In this document: one piece after another, positions 52,400 through 58,069 of the stretch
Layout of the letters: each line of letters begins with the position of its first letter
Numbering within the stretch: the first letter of the stretch is position 1
NCBI GenBank assembly: GCA_964633995.1
Contig: CAZWKN010000002.1
Location: forward strand, 179,119-237,187
Length of the DNA stretch: 58,069 nucleotides
Origin: an uncultured Gammaproteobacteria bacterium
GTDB lineage: Bacteria; Patescibacteriota; Microgenomatia; CAZETR01; Amesbacteraceae
Reading direction: 5' to 3'
Position numbers and translations under genes: made by a program
The notes under the pieces: generated by a model
Seen by the model: only the letters and a program-made list of their open reading frames with translations
The model's database searches: none
What the model was told of the DNA's origin: nothing

Positions 52400-53224
52400 A
52401 TGTATTTAGCTATAGATATCAGACATTCAGAAGGTTGGGCAAGGTATATGGAGTGGTTGGGGTGGAAAACAGAGAGATTGCATATTGCAAATCGCCTATT
52501 TCATATATTCATTCGGAGATTGGGGCCGGGAGCTATCGCCAAGATACAAAGAACTAAGGGATCCTTGCCGTGGGAAGCGGTCAATAAAATACTCAAGGAT
52601 AACAAAGTGGTATTGACCCGTTTTGAACCATGGGAGTGTGACTTTGCAGAAATAAAGAAAGCAGGATTTCATCAGGACAAAAGTCCACTTAGAGCTACTA
52701 AATTATTGCTAGTGGATATTTCGGGTAGCGAGACTGAGATTCTAAACTCGTTTGACAGGGCCAGATCGTGGATTAAAAAAATTGGACCTAAAACAGCCAA
52801 AATTAATGATCATGAACTATTTTATAAAATTTGGAGAAAGGCGACCAGGATTAAAAACATATGGTGTTCATCGGAAAAAGATTATCAGGCACTGGTGAGG
52901 GGTTTTGGCGATAAGGCCTTTTGTATAACAATAGACGACAACTGTGGGGCACTAATATTAATGCACAAAAACGTGGCTTATTATTTTTACGCAGCAGCAC
53001 TGCCTGAGGCCAAAGAAAACAATTTACCCTATGCCGTTACATGGGAAGCGATGAAAGAAGCAAAAAAAAGAGGATGTAAAACCTGGGATTGGGAAGGTAT
53101 ATATGATCCTAGGTGGCCAAATAAAGCTTGGAGGGGCTTTTCGCAATTTAAAAAAACCTTTGGGGGTGAGGTTATAGATTTGCCGGGGAGCTATTCTAGA
53201 ACCAGTTGGAAAAATATATTTTGA
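52400..53224 (+). CDS. FemAB-family peptidoglycan bridge-formation aminoacyltransferase-like protein.
   Basis: The C-terminal GNAT-like region ..FYAAALPEAKENNLPYAVTWEAMKEAKKRGCKTWDWEGI..WRGFSQFKKTFGG resembles the FemX/FemAB family. Start set at ATG 52400; the track extension to 52310 overlaps the divergent gene. Confidence 0.6.
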   Translation: MYLAIDIRHSEGWARYMEWLGWKTERLHIANRLFHIFIRRLGPGAIAKIQRTKGSLPWEAVNKILKDNKVVLTRFEPWECDFAEIKKAGFHQDKSPLRATKLLLVDISGSETEILNSFDRARSWIKKIGPKTAKINDHELFYKIWRKATRIKNIWCSSEKDYQALVRGFGDKAFCITIDDNCGALILMHKNVAYYFYAAALPEAKENNLPYAVTWEAMKEAKKRGCKTWDWEGIYDPRWPNKAWRGFSQFKKTFGGEVIDLPGSYSRTSWKNIF

Positions 53225-53280
53225 ATTTAAGAGATCGCCACACCCCGCCTGCGGCGGGGCTCGCGATGACACTTTAAATT
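53223..53280. repeat. Long imperfect palindrome of the GATCGCC..TCGCGATGAC repeat family; a candidate bidirectional terminator between convergent genes.
   Basis: GAATTTAAgaGATCGCcacaCCCCGCCtgcGGCGGGGctcGCGATgacactTTAAATTC. 7-bp GC stem with outer GAATTTAA/TTAAATTC arms. Confidence 0.7.
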
Positions 53281-55088
53281 CACTGATAACTTTTGGCCTG
53301 GAGTTTAAAAAGTCTAGCGTAAACACCCTTTTGCCTTAGTAAGGCCTCGTGACTGCCATGTTCAATAACTTTCCCCTCATCTAACACAACTATTTTGTCT
53401 GCACGGCGAACGGTACTGAAACGGTGGGAGATAAAAATAATTATTTTATCGGCACCAATGTCTAATATTTGGTTAAAGATTTGTTCTTCGGCTTCGGGAT
53501 CCACATTACTGGTAGGTTCATCCAAAATCATTACCTCAGGATCTTTGAAAAAAGTACGGGCTAGGGCAATGCGTTGCCATTGGCCCGAAGAAGGTGCAAC
53601 TCCGTGTTCAAAATCCCTGCCAATTGGATTGTCGTATTTTAAGGGTAATGTTTCTATCCAATTTTTCACTCCGGTGGCGTTGGTATAGTGTTTTATTCTT
53701 TCTACATCAGAAACACTATCTATTTTGGAAGCGGCAATAATTTCTTTTATGGTCACACCGAAAGCGTCTGATTCCTGAAATAAAGCCGAAAGCCGGCGCC
53801 AATATTCAACCTTGTTTAGGGTAGATACGTCGTGACCATCGATAGTAATAACACCTTTGTCAGGTGTATAAAAACCACATAACAATTTAACAATGGTGGT
53901 TTTTCCGGCCCCGTTTTTACCTACTATGGCAATGTTTTGTTTTGGCAGTATGTCAAAACTGACCCCTTTGAGAATCCAACCATCTGACCCAGGGTATTTA
54001 AACCACACGTCGTCAAATTTGATGGCTTGGGAAATTTTTCCAGAGAGCTTGAAACCCTGTGAATTGAAATACGGACTTTCAAGATTTAGAAACCAAACTA
54101 AGTCAGTGAGATATAAATAATTTTCGTACAACTCGAGGACAGAGGAAGTAAGATTGGTAACGTTTTCTTTAAAGTTGGAAATGGCTCTGATGTAGGCTTG
54201 GGCAGTTCCTATAGTAATCTTACTAATGATTACCTGAAAGCCAAAGACTCCATCGAATGAGTAAGAAATGGCTGTGTCAAATAGGCTGGCCAAAAAGCCC
54301 CAACTGCGCTTACTTTTGAAAAGCTGTGTCCTCTGATCAATAATTTGCTGCCAGTAATTACGAATTTTTTCGGCGAGATTTTCGTGGATGTTTAGCAATC
54401 GAAGCTCCATGAAAGATTTTGACCGGCCCAAAAAATAGTAGTACATACCTCTAAACCTATGAAGAACTGAAGTACGCTTGTCTAGTTCATAATCTTTTTT
54501 TATAAATACTCTTTCCACTGCTACCGTCGGAAAGAGTGATAACAAGGACAAAACGACGACGAACGGTTCTGTAAAAACAAATAGAGAAAGTGACGAAATA
54601 ATTCCGGCAATGTGTTGGGGCAGACTAACAAAATTATTGGTAATGCTTTGAAGTCTGTTTAAGCTTTCCCGCTCAATACGGTTGTACCGATCTTTGAAGG
54701 CGGGATCTTCAAGCATCGGAACGGCGATAGTGGCATATTTCAAACCAATAATTGATTCTGCTTTTTGGTTTTGTTTCCAAATTAGGACCCTGGAGAAGTA
54801 GCCCGTTAGACTGCGGGCCAAAGTGCGTAAAGCCTGAAAAGCAAAACGAGCAAAAACGATAAGCAAAATCGCCCGAAATACACCCTGGGGATTAGGATTT
54901 TTTATATTGCCCACCAATGTGTCAAAAAAAGCTTTATCCAAAAGCAAATTGGGAATAATAAAAAGACTTAGCGATGTGTTTAATAAAATTACATAGATGA
55001 GGGTCTTTTTGTCCGTATCCCATAGAAACCTGGCAATAAACTTGAGGATGAAACCGATTTGTCCCAGGGCGGAAAACTTTCTTTTCAT
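53280..55088 (-). CDS. ABC exporter, fused permease plus ATPase (MsbA/type IV exporter-like).
   Basis: N-terminal six-helix-type TMD. Walker A GKNGAGKTT, signature SSGQWQR, Walker B ILDEPTSNVD. Confidence 0.85.
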   Translation of the reverse strand: MKRKFSALGQIGFILKFIARFLWDTDKKTLIYVILLNTSLSLFIIPNLLLDKAFFDTLVGNIKNPNPQGVFRAILLIVFARFAFQALRTLARSLTGYFSRVLIWKQNQKAESIIGLKYATIAVPMLEDPAFKDRYNRIERESLNRLQSITNNFVSLPQHIAGIISSLSLFVFTEPFVVVLSLLSLFPTVAVERVFIKKDYELDKRTSVLHRFRGMYYYFLGRSKSFMELRLLNIHENLAEKIRNYWQQIIDQRTQLFKSKRSWGFLASLFDTAISYSFDGVFGFQVIISKITIGTAQAYIRAISNFKENVTNLTSSVLELYENYLYLTDLVWFLNLESPYFNSQGFKLSGKISQAIKFDDVWFKYPGSDGWILKGVSFDILPKQNIAIVGKNGAGKTTIVKLLCGFYTPDKGVITIDGHDVSTLNKVEYWRRLSALFQESDAFGVTIKEIIAASKIDSVSDVERIKHYTNATGVKNWIETLPLKYDNPIGRDFEHGVAPSSGQWQRIALARTFFKDPEVMILDEPTSNVDPEAEEQIFNQILDIGADKIIIFISHRFSTVRRADKIVVLDEGKVIEHGSHEALLRQKGVYARLFKLQAKSYQ

Positions 55089-56311
55089 TTAATAATATCT
55101 TTCCCCATGTAGGGGCGGAGGGCGGGGGGAACAGTGACCGATCCGTCTTCGTTCTGGAAATTTTCCAAAATTGCAATCGGGGCTCTGCTTAATGCCAGAA
55201 CCGTACCATTAAGGGTGTGGACGTATTCTGACTTTCCGTTAATTTTTGTTTTTATATTTAATCTCCGAGATTGGAAGTCCGTGGTGTTTGAGGTGCTGGT
55301 TACTTCCCGGTATTTGTTTTGGGAAGGCATCCAGGCTTCAATGTCGTACTTTTTTGTAGCCGCGTTACCCAAATCCCCGGTAGCCATCTTTATAACCTGA
55401 TATGGGATATTGAGTTCCTGCCAGATTTCTTCTTCTATTTTCAATAATTTTTCATGCCATGTGACTGAATCTTCCGGCAGGCAAAAAACTACCATTTCAA
55501 CTTTTCGAAACTCGTGAACCCGCAAAATTCCTCGCACATCTTTGCCGTAACTACCAATTTCCTGACGATAGCAAGAGGAATAACCTGCATATAGTAAAGG
55601 TAATTTCTCCGCTGGAATAGTTTCGTCTGTGTGAAGTCCCACTAGCGTAATTTCGGCAGTAGCAATTAAATCCAAGTCTTCGCCCTCGACGTGGTATATT
55701 TGGCGCTCTTTATCACTTCTGGCTTGAAAACCACAACCGACTATATTTCTCTCTTTGGCGACGTTTGGCGTAATAACCGGAGTAAAACCATGCTTGGAAA
55801 GCCTGGAAAAGGCAAAGTTTATTAAAGCCAACTCTAAAAGAGCCATATCCCCTTTTAGATAATAAAAACCAGACTGAGCAACTTTCGCACCCCGTTCCAA
55901 GTCAATCGTGTCGGTCAGTTTTCCAATGTCGACATGGTCACGGACAGTAAAATTGAAGTCGGGACGATCACCCACGGTTTTTATAACTTCATTATCTTCT
56001 GGAGTGCCGATTAAAACATCTGGTGCCGCTGGATTGGGAATTTTTAACAGGGCTTCAGTGAGATCTTTTTCTGCCTGAGCTAGTTGTTCTTCTTGATCCT
56101 TTAGCTCAACTTTTAACTTTTGGGCTTCTACTAAATCCTCTTTTGTTAAAGTGTTTCTTTTGGCACGCAACGATTCAACTGAAGCCAGAAGTGTTTTTTT
56201 GGCGTCGAAAGCTGCAATGGCCTCTGCGACTGGTTTGATATCAAAACCTTTGGCTGCTGTGGCCTGCTCGATAGCTGTTTGATTATCTTTGACAAATTTT
56301 ATGTCTAACAT
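55085..56311 (-). CDS. serS: Seryl-tRNA synthetase.
   Basis: N-terminal coiled-coil arm; class II motifs (..YAGYSSCYRQEIGSYGKDVRGILRVHEFRKVE.., ..GTVLALSRAPIAILE..). Confidence 0.95.
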   Translation of the reverse strand: MLDIKFVKDNQTAIEQATAAKGFDIKPVAEAIAAFDAKKTLLASVESLRAKRNTLTKEDLVEAQKLKVELKDQEEQLAQAEKDLTEALLKIPNPAAPDVLIGTPEDNEVIKTVGDRPDFNFTVRDHVDIGKLTDTIDLERGAKVAQSGFYYLKGDMALLELALINFAFSRLSKHGFTPVITPNVAKERNIVGCGFQARSDKERQIYHVEGEDLDLIATAEITLVGLHTDETIPAEKLPLLYAGYSSCYRQEIGSYGKDVRGILRVHEFRKVEMVVFCLPEDSVTWHEKLLKIEEEIWQELNIPYQVIKMATGDLGNAATKKYDIEAWMPSQNKYREVTSTSNTTDFQSRRLNIKTKINGKSEYVHTLNGTVLALSRAPIAILENFQNEDGSVTVPPALRPYMGKDIIK

Positions 56312-56332
56312 ATTAGTGCTAAGGGCTAAGGG

Positions 56333-56950
56333 CTAGATAGCATGTAGGGATAAATCTGATTGTAACTTATTTAGGTGCGAGATGTCATTATGATATACAA
56401 CCCGGGGGACACTGGCTGTATTAATAAGTGTTACTGCAGTAGATTGGGGGAAAAAATCATAAATAGCATTCAGATCCCGACCAAAGAGATAAGTCAGTAA
56501 TATCTGGATTATATTTCCGTGAGTGACGGCGGCAATTGTCCCCGGTTTAGACAACGTCGAATCTAGCCAGGCTATCGATCTTTTGGCAGTGTCCTGAAAA
56601 TGTTCGCCTGCCGGAAATTGGACATCGGAAGGATGTGTTTGCCATCTCTGATACAGATCTGGCCAAGTTTGTCTAATGACATCTTTCGAGAGCCCCTCCC
56701 AGGCACCGTGATTGGTTTCCAAAAGACTCGGCTCTAAAACAATGTCCCCCAAAACCTGGGCTGTTTGTACAGTGCGTTTGAGAGGACTGGCAAAAACAGT
56801 GTCAAATTTTTCACCGACGAAACGATCGGCGAGAGCTTTTATCTGCAATAGTCCGAGGGGAGAAAGGTCTGTATCGTAAGATTGACCCTGATAAATACCC
56901 CGGGTGTTGGCCAGGGATTCGGCATGCCTTATCAAATAAATTTTAGTCAT
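56333..56950 (-). CDS. Histidine phosphatase family protein (phosphoglycerate mutase-like/CobC-like).
   Basis: IYLIRHAESLANTRG (RHG-type motif) and a downstream VTHGNIIQ (second catalytic His). Confidence 0.8.
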   Translation of the reverse strand: MTKIYLIRHAESLANTRGIYQGQSYDTDLSPLGLLQIKALADRFVGEKFDTVFASPLKRTVQTAQVLGDIVLEPSLLETNHGAWEGLSKDVIRQTWPDLYQRWQTHPSDVQFPAGEHFQDTAKRSIAWLDSTLSKPGTIAAVTHGNIIQILLTYLFGRDLNAIYDFFPQSTAVTLINTASVPRVVYHNDISHLNKLQSDLSLHAI

Positions 56951-56985
56951 AAGTTGTCATTAATTGTCATTAGTAGTCATTGCAA
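56946..56985. repeat. Four GTCAT motifs phased at exactly 10 nt (56946, 56956, 56966, 56976). The first includes the phosphatase start codon.
   Basis: Plus strand reads gtcat aagtt gtcat taatt gtcat tagta gtcat tgcaa. Confidence 0.7.
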
Positions 56986-56996
56986 GTTTTTTTGCA

Positions 56997-57021
56997 CAAA
57001 AAAACCGCATTGTGTTGCGGT
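56997..57021 (-). terminator. Intrinsic terminator hairpin (ACCGCA-ACACAA-UGCGGU followed by U7) inside the leader of the phosphatase-serS-ABC gene string.
   Basis: Plus strand: accgca at 57004-57009, tgcggt at 57016-57021, A-run at 56998-57004. Confidence 0.65.
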
Positions 57022-57136
57022 CTCAGGTGCCACCTCAACTTGTACTTAATTTATTAGCTTTAACGGGCTAACCCGGCCCGGTTGCGACACCGAGCTGCAT
57101 CGTCCGATGGAATTCGGACTCCTGCGCATTTAGTCT

Positions 57137-57164
57137 ATTTTAGCAAATATTTACAGGTTGGCAA
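57137..57164 (-). promoter_or_regulatory. Promoter candidate TTGCCA-N16-TAAAAT.
   Basis: Minus strand: TTGCCA at 57164-57159 (1 nt after the GDSL gene stop), a 16-nt spacer, and TAAAAT at 57142-57137. Confidence 0.45.
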
Positions 57165-57165
57165 A

Positions 57166-58069
57166 TCAGATACCTGCTTGGTGGAGAATTTCGGATTCGG
57201 TAAAGGGAACAATTGTTGTACCGAAAGAGGAATTAAAGTTGTTGGTGATGTAGTTGGCGTAAATTCCTGAGGTAATTGTCCCCTGGTGAAGATATGGAGC
57301 TTCGTCTAAAAGAAAATGATGTGGCTCGTTGCCTCGTGTACGAACATCAATACTTTCACCGCCAATAACGTGATAGGTATTTGATATCAGATTAGACATC
57401 ATTTCTGTGTAAAACTCGTTGCTATTCCAATACGAGATAGACAGGTTTGCGGCCAGAGTTTGCAAACCAGCATTATATTCGGCCATAGCCGTTAAGATAC
57501 GTTGGCGTTGGACAGGATCAGGAATTTCGTTGCTGAAGAAGTCGTCGTTTGTAGGGATGCCCACCAGAAGAACATGAGGATTCCCCGCGGCTTTGACAGT
57601 AGTAATAGCGGTATTTACGTTACTGACCCAATAATTAATTGTGCTGGTAATCTGAGCCGGTGTCATTGACCCGCTCATAATGGCGCTGGCAACCGAGCTA
57701 AAGTCGTTCACCCCAATGATGACCACGACATAATCAACTTCCCCGCTGGCCACCTGGGATGCCAACCCGGTATGCTGTCCTTCCGATAATAATGTAGACG
57801 TGGTAGCGCCGCTTCTGGCCCAATTATGTGAATACCCCGATCTTCTGGGACCACCCCAAGTACCCCATGGACCCAAATCAAATCCGCCTTTTCTGACTAA
57901 TAATTCTGCCCAGTTTAGGGTGGTGGCGGCATAGATCCCCCCTCTATTATCGTCGGCGCGGTATTCATCGGTCAGACTGTCGCCAAGTATGCCCAATTTG
58001 ATCAAATATGGGGGTGTCGGTGTGGGGGTGGGAATTACTGTCGGTGTGGGGGTGGGAATTACTGTCGGT
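57166..58069 (-). CDS. SGNH/GDSL hydrolase-family secreted esterase/lipase. It is partial: the N-terminus with a Pro/Thr repeat runs off the window end.
   Basis: GILGDSLTDEY (GDS block I), VVVIIGVNDF (block III region). The reading frame stays open upstream of the track TTG start (58005) and encodes PTVIPTPTPTVIPTPTPTPPYL to the window edge. Confidence 0.75.
   Translation of the reverse strand, partial: PTVIPTPTPTVIPTPTPTPPYLIKLGILGDSLTDEYRADDNRGGIYAATTLNWAELLVRKGGFDLGPWGTWGGPRRSGYSHNWARSGATTSTLLSEGQHTGLASQVASGEVDYVVVIIGVNDFSSVASAIMSGSMTPAQITSTINYWVSNVNTAITTVKAAGNPHVLLVGIPTNDDFFSNEIPDPVQRQRILTAMAEYNAGLQTLAANLSISYWNSNEFYTEMMSNLISNTYHVIGGESIDVRTRGNEPHHFLLDEAPYLHQGTITSGIYANYITNNFNSSFGTTIVPFTESEILHQAGI

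Noticed and set aside
57023-57045. T-box riboswitch call for the serS-containing operon, based on GAGGUGGCACCUGAG and a UCC-A loop.
   Set aside because: I could not draw the obligatory antiterminator. No downstream CCUC/CUCA-type strand pairs with the T-box-like sequence in competition with the terminator. No Stem I K-turn or distal platform motifs were seen, and GGTGGCACC is also just an 11-nt near-palindrome. It is kept only as a hint inside the leader finding.
57023-57130. SRP (4.5S) RNA or another housekeeping small RNA.
   Set aside because: The conserved SRP domain IV sequence (GGAA tetraloop with flanking AGCA/GGAAGCAG motifs) is absent. No match to tmRNA, RNase P or 6S features could be seen by eye.
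1-58069. Alternative genetic code (UGA recoding, as in some CPR lineages).
   Set aside because: TGA terminates many well-supported genes (for example the ATGA overlaps at 4628, 10390, 21517, 25176 and 34042). An intact RF2 with an SPF motif is also encoded.

Overview
The window is densely packed, with almost every gene on the minus strand. Many neighbouring genes share 4-nt ATGA or TTGA stop/start overlaps. TGA is used as a stop codon and an intact RF2 gene is present, so the standard bacterial code applies. I infer, without a search, that the gene content fits a small-genome Patescibacteria/CPR (Microgenomates-like) bacterium: a membrane-anchored Clp-like AAA+ protein, a stand-alone four-helix-bundle (23S IVS/Avd-like) gene, many GT-C/GT2 enzymes and Cys-rich secreted giants.

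Housekeeping genes are trmD, thpR, ftsE, ftsX, tlyA-like, prfB, typA, sodA, secA and serS. They are interleaved with two accessory blocks.

(1) A very large envelope-glycan block at 1-5392 and 14228-31641. It holds four Dpm1/GtrB-type polyprenyl-phosphate-sugar synthase modules, four to five GT-C membrane transferases, a DegT aminotransferase, an atypical extended SDR, a classical SDR, a CE4 deacetylase, a GT4-methyltransferase fusion, a kinase-like protein and a 1544-aa four-module enzyme (GT2 + processive GT2 + flippase-like + GT4).

(2) A surface-protein block at 6569-14125. It holds a sortase with an adjacent LASTG-signal FN3 substrate, followed by a tightly coupled operon of uncharacterised membrane and secreted proteins. 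That operon includes an 885-aa Cys-rich protein with a GBS-Bsp-like repeat and a CAP-domain protein.

Non-coding structure:
- an octamer (CAGTTnnn)x4 array present three times, bracketing the four-helix-bundle gene as an inverted pair;
- a GTCATCGCGA/GGCGATC hairpin repeat family at three or more intergenic sites;
- three loci where a near-consensus promoter is followed by an intrinsic-terminator-like hairpin directly before the start codon;
- head-to-head genes with almost no spacer, and convergent genes that overlap at their 3' ends.

I found no rRNA, tRNA, CRISPR array, transposase or recognisable defence system.
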